DNA of 62,887 nucleotides, the filler included, from Globobulimina sp. (lineage: Eukaryota): the NCBI GenBank assembly GCA_003354225.1. It is 45 parts of 45 records of this genome, joined end to end, with 100 filler letters (N's around TTAATTAATTAA, not from the genome) between each part and the next. Parts side by side here need not be neighbours in the genome. Positions count along the whole stretch, not along the records: positions 50,399 to 51,697 come from PIVH01019146.1; positions 51,798 to 53,096 come from PIVH01019147.1; positions 53,197 to 54,495 come from PIVH01019148.1; positions 54,596 to 55,894 come from PIVH01019149.1; positions 55,995 to 57,293 come from PIVH01019150.1; positions 57,394 to 58,692 come from PIVH01019151.1; positions 58,793 to 60,091 come from PIVH01019152.1; positions 60,192 to 61,489 come from PIVH01019153.1; 37 more parts are not named here. One strand, given 5' to 3'. How positions within the stretch are numbered: the first letter of the stretch is position 1; the number at the start of each line of letters is the position of its first letter. Positions 50,399-61,589 of this stretch are shown here, one piece after another. The notes below the pieces were generated by a model. That model saw nothing but the letters and a program-made list of their open reading frames with translations. It was not told the DNA's origin and searched no databases. A program made the translations under genes and the position numbers.

Positions 50399-51473
50399 GG
50401 CGTCATATAATGGTAGACGCAGTCGCCCTTATTTTATATATGTGTTTTTTAAATATGTTTGTACTGTTTCTAGAAATTTGTGTTTTGTTTTTTGTACACA
50501 ATCAATTGCGAAATTGCGAGTAATATGTTTGAGCAATGCATAAAGCAACGCTTTGTATGATGTTTCAGGCACTGCACAGCGGGCAACGTAACATACCATG
50601 GGATGATAATACGTGTTGTCAAAGGTAGTCACATGCGGATCGCCGATAATGTGACAAGAGTCGCAGTTGCAATTACAGGCTAAGTCTGGATCGTAGTCTT
50701 TATTTCTACAAATAATATTTTCCACAATCCAGGGTTCTTTTTGCCTTTCGGTGGAACATTCCCAATCTGACATGTTATGTTCGCGTTGCTCATATAATGC
50801 GATGCAATCTTCTGGGTTGCGGTCCCTTCCATGGTCATCGGGCTCGCACACACCTTCGGCACAGGACCAATATGTGAAATCTGTGTCGCTGTACTCGCGC
50901 CATTGCGCTTCGGTCGTGGCCTCGTCCTCGTAGATCCAAAACACAATCTCTCCATTATGATCGCTGCATGTTTTTGGTGTTTTTTATGGTGACACGTATG
51001 ATTATATATAGATATGTATGGTTTAACTAAAAGTTCCAGATATGCTGCTCCTTGGCGTGACTGCTGCGGTTGCCGCCAATCCAACAATTGCCATGTCCAA
51101 CGGCCTCATTTGCACAGAGATCTTTCATGGCTGTGAGTTGCTGATATAAGGTGTTGTATTTTTTGTCTCCATCATTCGTATATGGCGTTTCCTGAGGATA
51201 TAATGAGGCTAATTCTGTGCCGTAATCGAGACAGAATTGTTTTGCTTCAGTATGGGAATACTTATATTCGGCGCCATTATGAAATAGAACATATGGATTA
51301 TTAAATGCACATTGCTCAGTGCCAGGGTAACATTTTTTGTCTTGTTTATTAGCTGCAACATCGATTTTGTTTGGTCTATTTACAGAACAATCGGTGCAAT
51401 ATTCTTGCGATTTGATGCAATTCAAAAAGAATAAATTTATTAATAATATAATACTTGATACATTAATATTCAT
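50399..51473 (-). CDS. Secreted C-type lectin plus von Willebrand D domain protein; introns 50964-51027 and 50428-50596
   Basis: Signal peptide; AKQFC..LASL, CWIG, EDCIAL, DWEC; GDPHVTTFD and spliced GDCVY. Confidence 0.85.
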
Positions 51474-51797
51474 TTTGCTGTAATAATGTATAATTTTAAT
51501 TTAATTTGATAGCTAATTTGTTAAACTTTCGAATCTCTCAAATGTGCTACTTAATAGAGAGACGAATTTAATATTAAATTTGAAAACAATTCCGTGTGTT
51601 TTAAAAACGAGTTTTTGTGCACAACGGAAGGATGGTATCCCAAAGATGTTAAAAACAAAAAAACTTAAACAAAAATACAATCAGATGGCAAGTGCGANNN
51701 NNNNNNNNNNNNNNNNNNNNNNNNNNNNNNNNNNNNNNNNNTTAATTAATTAANNNNNNNNNNNNNNNNNNNNNNNNNNNNNNNNNNNNNNNNNNNN

Positions 51798-51932
51798 TGC
51801 TATTCTCAACTAATGAATCAATGTTGGACTCACTATTCCTCGCAGAGACCGCATTTTAAAGACATTATTGTGAGATTACAAAATATTGCTCGGAAAGCCA
51901 GGCAACAAAAAAGACGTAAACAAGCTTTATAA
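51798..51932 (+). CDS. Protein kinase (TKL/TK-like) C-terminal end (absent from ORF track)
   Basis: LMNQCWTHYSSQRPHFKDII = subdomain XI. Confidence 0.85.
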   Translation, partial: CYSQLMNQCWTHYSSQRPHFKDIIVRLQNIARKARQQKRRKQAL

Positions 51933-52295
51933 AATTATATAAAAATGTAAATCGGTAAACTCACTAAACTGTAGACAACGCACACATTTCTACAAATCGA
52001 TACACAATGATACAGTAAACATACTGTATTTAATTATAAATTATAATACTGTATTCACCCGCCTTCATAAACAAATTATATGCTAATGCAGACAAATTAT
52101 GCTTGATTAACAGACGCGGTTACACCGCAGAGCCATGTTGAAGAAGCTTGAAACAGAGTGGAAGTTTTATTTGTTGACTCTAGAAAATAGAAATATGACG
52201 TGACATAAAAAGAAAATGCATACAAATGGATATCTTAGATGAATATTGCATTGTATGATATATTAGGTCACAAAATGTAGAAATTAATTGTGTGC

Positions 52296-53096
52296 TCATT
52301 GTGAAAAATAAAAGTCTTTAATAACGGTAACCATGGCGAGTGGCACTCCAAATGTGATTATTCCAAGCAATGAGTCTGAGATAATTGTAACAAATAGATT
52401 CACGATAAATAATTTCACCATTAACAACGCAATCGTTTCCAATAAAAACACTTTTTCATTAATGTGTCGCCGCGACAATTGTTGCAATATTTTGTCCATT
52501 TTTGTGATTTTTGTCATAATGATTGATAAGCTTTTAATTATGTCATTTAACAGAACAATTTGCGATGGAAATATTATCAATGAAAGAATAATATCAACAA
52601 ACTGAATATTGATAGTTTGATCAATTAAATTGATTGACGCATAGACCAAATAAATGAGCGAAGTCAACCCAAAAAAGATGGATAATCTGTCAGTATACGT
52701 CGTAGATATTACCCCGATATATATACACAACTCTTGTATAAAATCCTGACAGTTGTTGTTAAACACATGATATCGACCAAAATTATCAGAAACTGTGATT
52801 AATTTATGTCCAATTACATCCAACGAAATATTACAATTCCCCAAAAATGTCCAATCTTTCTGAAATGTCAATAGATCGAATTTTCTCAAATCATCCAACC
52901 TTTGTTGAGCCAATAAATACCATTCCTCGCATTGGGCGTCCACAGTTAAGTCTATTCGCAAAATCGTCTGTGTTCGCCTCTGTGGAATGTTGTTCATAAC
53001 ATCTCTGATATTTTGCTCATTATTATCCTGCACATTTATAAATATTATTGAGCCATGACGCTCCGAATCTATTCGTGAGTAAACTTGATACAATAA
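52296..53096 (-). CDS. Permuted papain-fold (PPPDE/LRAT-like) protein with C-terminal TMs, 3' part
   Basis: YHVFNNNCQDFIQEL motif. Confidence 0.55.
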   Translation of the reverse strand, partial: LLYQVYSRIDSERHGSIIFINVQDNNEQNIRDVMNNIPQRRTQTILRIDLTVDAQCEEWYLLAQQRLDDLRKFDLLTFQKDWTFLGNCNISLDVIGHKLITVSDNFGRYHVFNNNCQDFIQELCIYIGVISTTYTDRLSIFFGLTSLIYLVYASINLIDQTINIQFVDIILSLIIFPSQIVLLNDIIKSLSIIMTKITKMDKILQQLSRRHINEKVFLLETIALLMVKLFIVNLFVTIISDSLLGIITFGVPLAMVTVIKDFYFSQ

Positions 53097-53196
53097 NNNN
53101 NNNNNNNNNNNNNNNNNNNNNNNNNNNNNNNNNNNNNNNNTTAATTAATTAANNNNNNNNNNNNNNNNNNNNNNNNNNNNNNNNNNNNNNNNNNNN

Positions 53197-53524
53197 AACC
53201 CGAAAATTTAAAAACATTATCCAAAATATCTGCAACAAGACTGTACATTTCCAGCCATATAAATATAAAAATGGAGAATTAGTGGTCGACTCATACAGAA
53301 ACAGAGTGATGCAAGACGTGCCATCCAAAAACAACAAACGATATTCGGCAAAAAACTTCCAAAACTCACAGGTGCCATTAATGTTTACAAGATACTGCAT
53401 CAAAAAGGGAGAATTAAATGATATTTACCACACAGAAATGTTTAATTTCAAGACATTTACTACTGACATCATGGACAGTCATGATGTCAAATTGACTAAG
53501 TCAAAATCCCCAGAACCAATATAG
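53197..53524 (+). CDS. ORF tail resembling a non-LTR ORF2 C-terminus
   Basis: AKNFQNSQVPLM resembles the TxRyxNSxiP terminal motif; weak. Confidence 0.3.
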
Positions 53525-53651
53525 CTAATATATATGAGATATATTAGTATATATTAGACCTTGACAGGTCCACCATTTAGTAAATATATTAGCTGGAACT
53601 AATATATATTAGCTACTCATATGCGTATATCTTATCGGGAACACTACTGTA

Positions 53652-54059
53652 TCAATGGGCGAAATCCCAAGAACTAATTATTATGAGACGGCATACGGAG
53701 CCCGTAGACAAAAACCAAGCGTGGCCACAGCACCGTGGACAGTGGCAACGTACAAATATATTCTTGTGATGATAGCTCAAAGAGAGCGTCTTATTGAAGA
53801 ATATCTGTTTTTTTCTATTTGCAATCTGCTTTTGTATGTTCGATGCGCAGCCGACTCTTGAAATTTCATTCTAATTTATTTATATTATGATTGGGATTCG
53901 AACCCAAATATTCTTCAATAAGACGCTCTCTTTGATTCTTCAACAATAATAGATTTGTACTTTGCCACTGTCCACGGTGCTATGGCCACGCTTGGTTTTT
54001 GTCTACAGCGCTCCGTATGCCGTCTCATAATAATTAGTTCTTGGGATTTCGCCCATTGA
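53652..54059. mobile_element. 408-bp MITE-like foldback with about 150-bp TIRs, flanked by TA
   Basis: TA-TCAATGGGCGAAATCCC...GGGATTTCGCCCATTGA-TA. Confidence 0.8.
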
Positions 54060-54389
54060 TATTCAAATAATAAGTTCTTTTATTCTCTCATTATCACCGC
54101 CTTAATACATGACGGCATTGCATCCCATCGATATCGCTGTCGCCTCATGATTTGAACCTGAATCTTCTGGATTAATGCAGTGCTCTGCTTGAGCTAAGCG
54201 ACCTTTATCCATTATCGATTTTCTATGTGGAGGTTTATTTTGCAAATGGATTATAAACCATATGACGAGACAGTAAAGGCAATAGAGTGAGGACTTTTTA
54301 TTAATCCACGCTGCTGGCAAGCAATCATCTTAGACATAAGTAGACAATAAAAGTCAAAACTTTTCGAGACAGTTAGTTGGACTTAGTAT

Positions 54390-54495
54390 AATGCTTAATT
54401 TCAAGACATTTACCACTGACATCATGGACAGTCATGATGTCAAATGCTTAATTTCAAGACATTTACCACTGACATCATGGACAGCCATGATGTCA
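54390..54495. repeat. 53-bp hairpin-containing tandem repeat (2 copies; third copy at 53437-53489)
   Basis: Each unit contains TGACATCATG-N6-CATGATGTCA. Confidence 0.9.
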
Positions 54496-54595
54496 NNNNN
54501 NNNNNNNNNNNNNNNNNNNNNNNNNNNNNNNNNNNNNNNTTAATTAATTAANNNNNNNNNNNNNNNNNNNNNNNNNNNNNNNNNNNNNNNNNNNN

Positions 54596-55753
54596 ATCGA
54601 TCAAATTCCATAAAAAAGAAACAAATGATGGAATCTGTTGCGTTGAATCCTGTTCTAGAAGTTGCAATGAATAATTCTTTAAATACATCATTTAGTATGG
54701 CATAATTCAATATTTCTGAGATTTCCCTCGGTATAGTTTCTTGAATATATAATTCTTGTTCTTGCGCTCTCGGATAACTGCCATACATCCGATGGTATTC
54801 TCCATTTTCCCTCCAAAGCTTCAACAAATATTCCAAATTTCTTATTGGATCGCCTGTTATTTTGATTTTGTTATATTTTAGTAATCGTCTCCATACATTG
54901 TGTGTTATCGGCGTTGCAATGCAACTTAAATCAATTAAAGTATCCCAATTACAATTTTCATCCAAAGGGTTTATCTCATTCTCAATGCAACATTTTCGAA
55001 GCATTCTTATTCCGCCGCCCCTGTTAATTATAATATTGCCAATGTCGGATAAGTCTGATTTGTATTATCATATTATTAACATACCAGTTTGCAATGTAAT
55101 GGCTCAGATTCACCGTAATTTCATTCGAATTATTTAATAAACGAACGAGCACATTAACTAAAAATGGAGCAAATATGGCTGAATATGTTCGGTTAAATTT
55201 CTGTGAGACATTGCCAGAAACGAAAACATTGTCTTTTTCTTCGTCATCGCTGTCATTCAATAATAATTGATCCCTGATCGTGGATAATATAATTCCTCCG
55301 TTATTTTCTCCTTTTAAAATTTCTTTATCATTTTTGCCAATTTCCAATCCTAAAAAAGTATCATTATCGATGCATATTATTGGCTTTTGTTTGGTTGCCA
55401 GCAATATTTGTTTCAGCTCCTTATTTTCAAACTTTTTCTTTTGCCCTTTATAATATATTTCCATTTTTATTTCCGACCAATCCTTCCGTACATTCTGTTC
55501 ATTTTGCAAGGCCAAAAAAGATGCTTTGTCTGATGTCTCTGCGTTGAGTATTTCTTGATATATTTCAGAATGGCTACTGATGAATTTTTAATTGACTTTG
55601 ATAATAATGCTCAACTGTCAAATATTCCACATTATTGATGATTACCTTCCAATTATATGCTTTGGAGAATGGATGGTTTGACTTCTCATAAAACACGCAA
55701 TAATTCTTACAATCCTTGATATCGATATTGGTTAACGAGTACAACCAAGACAT
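54596..55753 (-). pseudogene. NADAR (YbiA/DUF1768) domain fused to an unknown C-terminal domain; two frameshifts
   Basis: TVEHYYQSQ/KF, RKDW, KF..ELKQILLAT, DTFLG and GENNGGIILSTIRDQL. Confidence 0.85.
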
Positions 55754-56574
55754 TTTCTCAAATATACACCGTTTTGTTAAACTTATCTTTTTAACATAAT
55801 TTGTATATAGAACAAGAGAGAGCGAATGAGGCAGTTTTGGATGAAATACAAAAGCCACAATCAATAGAACAGGATTTGAATAAAAATGCATTACNNNNNN
55901 NNNNNNNNNNNNNNNNNNNNNNNNNNNNNNNNNNNNNNTTAATTAATTAANNNNNNNNNNNNNNNNNNNNNNNNNNNNNNNNNNNNNNNNNNNNGGATAA
56001 TTAGTGAAAAATGTTTTATGCTGGATACTGTATGGATTTAATTTTTTCACTTTTAGTAGTTATCAACGATGTTGCTGTGTCTTTTGATATTTTCAATTAT
56101 GTAATTGTCGAATTGACGAACATGACAAATCTAAATGCTTTAATATGTGCGTATGATGAAATAAAATAAATTCAAAATAAATTTCAATGCTTTTTGCGTT
56201 TGGCGGAGTGTGTGCCATGAACTGTGCATTTATGTAATGAAACAAAAAAACTTACTTTAAGTTTGATTCAACTTTATATTCTTAGATTGAAAACAATGTC
56301 ATGATTAAATTGTAGAGATTAACAAATAAATTATTATCCGCAGAAATCCAATCATATCATTTTGAAACCGCAGAAACTGGAACAAGCAAAGGCAGTGAAG
56401 ATTGAATTTTGTCCAACTCCTTGCGGCAGCTGCATGCGATATGTATTTTTGCTGGAAATTAATTGACGGGAAAACGCACTGTATCTCGAAACTTTAATTC
56501 ATTTCATTTCTCGCAAATTCGACATTAACACAAACTAAAATTACTGATCAGCAAATTACATTTATTTATTATTC

Positions 56575-57293
56575 ATGATCAAGCTTTTCATATTCTGCTT
56601 TATCGCGATTGTTTGGAATGTAGTGAATGCTGCAAATTATTCAGATTTACCAACACATTTAATACAAAGAAGAATTGCTCCGTACGTAGTTCCTGCCAAT
56701 CTATATGTTCTCCGATCTCTCAATCAAAAGCATTATAAATCGTAACTAATTATTACAATGAAAGCATTACAAAAATTAAATCCATTTTCAATAATACTAT
56801 CACTGCAATGTTAAATGACAGAAATGTTAACGTATCGCGAGAGGGTTCACAAATACAAGCAATACTAAACACTCATAAACATGACATGACTTTCTTTGTG
56901 CTCTTTCATAAAGAATTGCCATCAATGTTGCGGTCAATAAATCAAATACCAATCGACTCGCTAAAAAGGGAAACATTGGTAAAAATGTTGGGGATAAATA
57001 TACCTTTGGATTTTAATGCGATGTGGTACAGCTTTAGTTTATTACAAATGATATCAACAGCTTTAGTTTATCATTACTGTCAGGTTGAGACGAACAATAT
57101 ATACAGGATTACAGATCCATTTGTAAGAATTTCAAATTCAATTTTATACAAAACAATCCTGCAAAATGTTAATATTTCAGCATTGCAATTGTTGGATGAC
57201 ACTGTGTTATGGGATCAAGATGAAATAGAAAGAATTTACGAGCAAGTTATTGCTGAATTAGATTCGAATGGAAGTCATATCCACAACATCAAT
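56575..57293 (+). pseudogene. Signal peptide plus F-box-like segment protein; frameshift near 56740
   Basis: MIKLFIFCFIAIVWNVVNA then YSDLPTHLIQRRIAPYV..LRSLNQ; restoring one A joins it to ORF 56808. Confidence 0.55.
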
Positions 57294-57393
57294 NNNNNNN
57301 NNNNNNNNNNNNNNNNNNNNNNNNNNNNNNNNNNNNNTTAATTAATTAANNNNNNNNNNNNNNNNNNNNNNNNNNNNNNNNNNNNNNNNNNNN

Positions 57394-57637
57394 GTTTGCC
57401 ATATAAGATTTGATGTGAACTGTTTGGCTCGCTTACCGGAGTCCTGGCGGTGTTCTGGGCGATCTATTCCGTATAGTCTGATCTCTTGTATTGAGTTTTA
57501 TTTTGAAGAACGGTGATGGTGTCTCCGTCTGCAATGCCAATGACCTTGCCAGTTATTGTTGTGGCAGAATAAGCAGATGTTAAAAGGACGAGCGAAAGTA
57601 AAAATGATATGACGGCTATATTTGATTTTGTATGCAT
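57394..57637 (-). pseudogene. Bacterial thermonuclease (SNase family) pseudogene
   Basis: GKVIGIADGDTITVL..YK, an AG insertion, then IRLYGIDRPE..Q..GKRAKQFT; G-rich RBS-like run upstream. Confidence 0.88.
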
Positions 57638-57874
57638 TAGCGCCCCGTTGAAGTTTCGGTATAATACCATTATTCCAACGAGGATGGAATAGTCTGAATA
57701 AAAAACAATGAATTTATTGGTTTAACGATGTCGGCGGTTTGTCGAAATTTTTTTCTGAATCAGAAGGTTGCCAACTATTTGAGATTAATTTTGATTTTAT
57801 TTGAGCATCGTAGTAATTTATTAAAAAAGATCGAGGGCTATCCGGTATATTGCATGTCATTGAGGAAAATAATT

Positions 57875-58150
57875 ATGATTGATTATGTTGAGAAGTATGA
57901 ACAATTCATTAAACAACAAGGCATTGGTTCAAATGATAAAGTAGCGGATTCAGTTAAATCATACCTTTCTTATCTTAAAAGTGTTTGTAGGCATTTAAAT
58001 ATTAGAATCACTCCAGGCATTCTGAAAAGTGAGGATGATATTCAATGTTTATCTTTAAAATTAAAAGGTAAGGTATCGGATAAAACTATTAGCAATTATG
58101 GTTCGGCGATGAGGCAATATGTAAAAATGGTTGAATATCATGGCTTGTAA
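57875..58150 (+). CDS. Small bacterial protein resembling an integrase core-binding (SAM-like) domain
   Basis: GAGG RBS; SVKSYLSYL...KTISNYGSAMRQY. Confidence 0.55.
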   Translation: MIDYVEKYEQFIKQQGIGSNDKVADSVKSYLSYLKSVCRHLNIRITPGILKSEDDIQCLSLKLKGKVSDKTISNYGSAMRQYVKMVEYHGL

Positions 58151-58599
58151 TCAACTGATCAATCATTTTTCGAACTCGAGCTTTTTACCATCACCATATC
58201 CGATATTATCTTCACCGGCAAAATTAAAAAAGCGGATATAACCCGCTGCTGAATGACCATACACTGGGAAATCAATTTAAGCGGGCTATTCCCACGAAAT
58301 GCCCCCGTAAATCAGTCTTGTTGGTTTTGTTGTTTTTTTGGTTTTCAATTTGTAAGTTGTTATTATATTAACATTTTTAGATAATTTATTTATTAATTGA
58401 TGCTTTTTAAGCATTGGTTTTTGGTTTTATATTGGTTTTTATATAAGCGGTTAGCAAATCGCATTCTTGGTGGTCTGTTCAATTTATTCCAGCTTTAAAG
58501 TTTGCAGTGGTAAATTCATATAATCGGATTCGGTGGAGGCCAGCGTCAACTATTCAAGTATTCGAAACTTGCCGATTGAACCAATGCCGTGCCCGCTTA

Positions 58600-58692
58600 A
58601 CTTTTTAATCCGTGCCGGATGCGGCTTTGACCATCTCTGAAAACTTGTAACGCACATGAAACCAGCACCCCACAAAATAAATTGATGGGCAC
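58600..58692 (-). mobile_element. IS66-family transposase remnant
   Basis: FVGCWFHVRYKFSEMVKA resembles GCWAHxRRKF, followed by stops. Confidence 0.65.
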
Positions 58693-58792
58693 NNNNNNNN
58701 NNNNNNNNNNNNNNNNNNNNNNNNNNNNNNNNNNNNTTAATTAATTAANNNNNNNNNNNNNNNNNNNNNNNNNNNNNNNNNNNNNNNNNNNN

Positions 58793-59957
58793 GATCAATA
58801 ATTCGAACAACCTCATCATTACCATAGATATTGCTATTGCTTATCGATGAACTATTCACCATATCAGCGGTCATTGAGGATGGAATATAATCCATGCATT
58901 TATTATTATCATTGTTGCTGTTGTTGTTGTTATTATTATTATTATGTATATTTGATGTTGGTGTAGCTGCAAAGACAGAAACAATTGGATCAAGACGACC
59001 AATTTGTAATGATGTATTTGTATATTTAGTTGCTGTGTTTGTGTTGCTGATGTTTCGTATTCTTTCGTTTGTGGTATACGTATTGTTGCTGTCATTAATA
59101 ATAATATCATTAGTTTCCGTTTGATTTGTATCCTTTTTTACGACATACATGCAAAAACAACCAAATAATACCACTATAGCAATGGTACAAATTATAACAA
59201 ATAATAAAGCAAAACTAATTAATAATAATATATCTAAGCTGGCATTGCCAGAAATAAGTTTTTTATTTGAATTAGTATGGATTTGTGCAGCTGTGATAGT
59301 TTGCGTTTTAGGCTCGATGAGTGTTTCTGTACTTACGTAAAGCAAATGAGTTAATTTGTATATCAAATATTAAATATTATACAACATACTGGTTAAACTG
59401 ATGGATGATAGGTAGCACTCATTGTATTCCTCTGAGCCAATGACATTTGCTTTATCGTTATTATTGTTATGCAATGTGAATTTAATACCAATTTCAATGT
59501 CAATATCTGTTATTGGTATTCCATATGATTCTGATGCGAAATTTATACCATTTTGTATTGAATTGTAATGGGCAATTTGTTGCCACTCTTCATTTGGATC
59601 AACACTATTTTGTGGGAACATGACATATAATACTTGGCACTCCATATTTGGTGATCGATTCCATGGAATAATATCATAATTTATAGTCAATCGCTGGTTA
59701 GTTGAAATAATTATATTTGATAAATCAGTGAGTCGATAAATATATGGATTTTGCACGGTGTCTGTTGTCACAATACTCCAACACATCTCGCTGGAATTTA
59801 ATGGGGATGTAATTGGTATATTGACAGTACCATATGTTTCCCAATTTTCATTAACATTGGTCCAGTTCATTGCATCAGACCATATTATAGTTTTATCACT
59901 TTGCACCAAATACAGCATGTTTAGCATGTTGTACAATACAAAGATCATAGTTACCAC
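58793..59957 (-). CDS. Type I membrane protein; intron 59327-59389
   Basis: Signal peptide, beta-rich ectodomain, TM and poly-N tail; a 63-nt in-frame intron removes the stop. Confidence 0.7.
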
Positions 59958-60347
59958 GAAAGGATTATTTGAACAGCAATTAAGTTTTGCGCTAAAAAAT
60001 ACCTGGAAAAAAATTTAAAATGGAATTTAGTGAAAAACAACGTTTCCTCAATGACTTTGGATCCATGACACACAATTCAGAAGAAATTCAGNNNNNNNNN
60101 NNNNNNNNNNNNNNNNNNNNNNNNNNNNNNNNNNNTTAATTAATTAANNNNNNNNNNNNNNNNNNNNNNNNNNNNNNNNNNNNNNNNNNNNTATTCTCTT
60201 GTACGTAGTAGTACTGAGTATGGACACATTCTGTTTATACAAATAAGTGACATTTCACAAACAAACAAAAATTAAGGGGGATCAAAGGGGAGAGGTTTTG
60301 TATATTTTAAAAATGTTTTTCTCAAAAGTCAAAACAACCAAAAAAGC

Positions 60348-61424
60348 ATGGCGGAAAGAAAAACTGTCTGTGTAGCTTGCATATCGACGAACAATGCAAA
60401 CAAATCGATTAAAGAGAATTTGGATTCAACGGTATCATTGATCGAATCATCAGTTAAAAATGGTGCAAAACTCGTATTGTTGCCAGAATTAATGGCTACA
60501 GAATATAAAATTGCCACAAGTGCATGGGATGGTGGTGAGACATTAAACGAAGGCTATACATTGTCATTTTTATCCGCGCAAAGTAAAAAATATTCAATAT
60601 ATATCGGAACATCATTTTTTGAAGTGGATGGAATACATTTTTATAATACATTTATTATGACCGATCCTTCAGGAGAGTTAATTGGGAAAATAAGGAAAGA
60701 AAAACCAGCTGGACCCGAAGCATTTTTATATTCAGGATACACAAATAAGCATACTATACATACGAAGGATTTGGACACTATTATGGTTGGCATTTGTTAT
60801 GAGAATCACACCGCCAAATTTGAAAACGAATTGATTCAATATCAAAATGATAATAATAAAGATAACATATCAATGATATTGCAACCACATTCCTGTCCAT
60901 ATATGGTGCCGTTATTTGGTGCAACAAAGGAAGTTTGTGCTGCATTTAATGATAATGCGGATAATGTGTCAGTTAGATATGCCACGAAATATAAGATTCC
61001 GGTATTATTTTGTAACAAAGTGGGAGAATATAGAAATCCATTCAAGCCCATGTGTATGGGCGGGTGGACTAAGATTGTTGATGGTGACGCCAATATTGTC
61101 GCAAAATCAAATAATTTTGGCGCGGATACAAAACCTAGGCATGATGTTATTGTTGGAGATGTTAATATTAATATTAATGGGAATAATGATAATTATGAAT
61201 ATGTATCAGGACATTGGAGTTCTTGCGTTAATATACATGTATTGGGTAAATCTTTTACAATTCCTTATTTTTTACAGCAATATATTGGGTATTTATTTTA
61301 TCAGTTAAGCATAACTCGAAGAAGAAAAGCGTCGAAAATCAGTGGTTTTAATTGGATTCCATCATATAATGCGCATGTTATGTGGTTATCAGCTGTAACA
61401 TATATGATATATAGAAAATATTAG
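60348..61424 (+). CDS. Nitrilase-superfamily carbon-nitrogen hydrolase with hydrophobic C-terminal extension
   Basis: E-K-C triad: LVLLPE, IRKEKP and GICYE. Confidence 0.92.
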   Translation: MAERKTVCVACISTNNANKSIKENLDSTVSLIESSVKNGAKLVLLPELMATEYKIATSAWDGGETLNEGYTLSFLSAQSKKYSIYIGTSFFEVDGIHFYNTFIMTDPSGELIGKIRKEKPAGPEAFLYSGYTNKHTIHTKDLDTIMVGICYENHTAKFENELIQYQNDNNKDNISMILQPHSCPYMVPLFGATKEVCAAFNDNADNVSVRYATKYKIPVLFCNKVGEYRNPFKPMCMGGWTKIVDGDANIVAKSNNFGADTKPRHDVIVGDVNININGNNDNYEYVSGHWSSCVNIHVLGKSFTIPYFLQQYIGYLFYQLSITRRRKASKISGFNWIPSYNAHVMWLSAVTYMIYRKY

Positions 61425-61589
61425 TCATAGTGTAACCCATCTCCCATTCTAACCTTTTCATCTCTATTATATAGTATATAGTCGCGCGCNNNNNNNNNNN
61501 NNNNNNNNNNNNNNNNNNNNNNNNNNNNNNNNNTTAATTAATTAANNNNNNNNNNNNNNNNNNNNNNNNNNNNNNNNNNNNNNNNNNNN

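Noticed and set aside
53891..53907. tRNA gene
   Set aside because: Only the T-arm is present; no D-arm, anticodon arm or acceptor stem.
54390..54495. Palindromic 53-bp repeats as CRISPR
   Set aside because: Head-to-tail with no spacers and no cas genes.
3031..56745. Euplotes-style programmed frameshifting at stop codons
   Set aside because: No common slippery motif; motif spacing puts several shifts well upstream of the stop (DUSP, NADAR, TTL).
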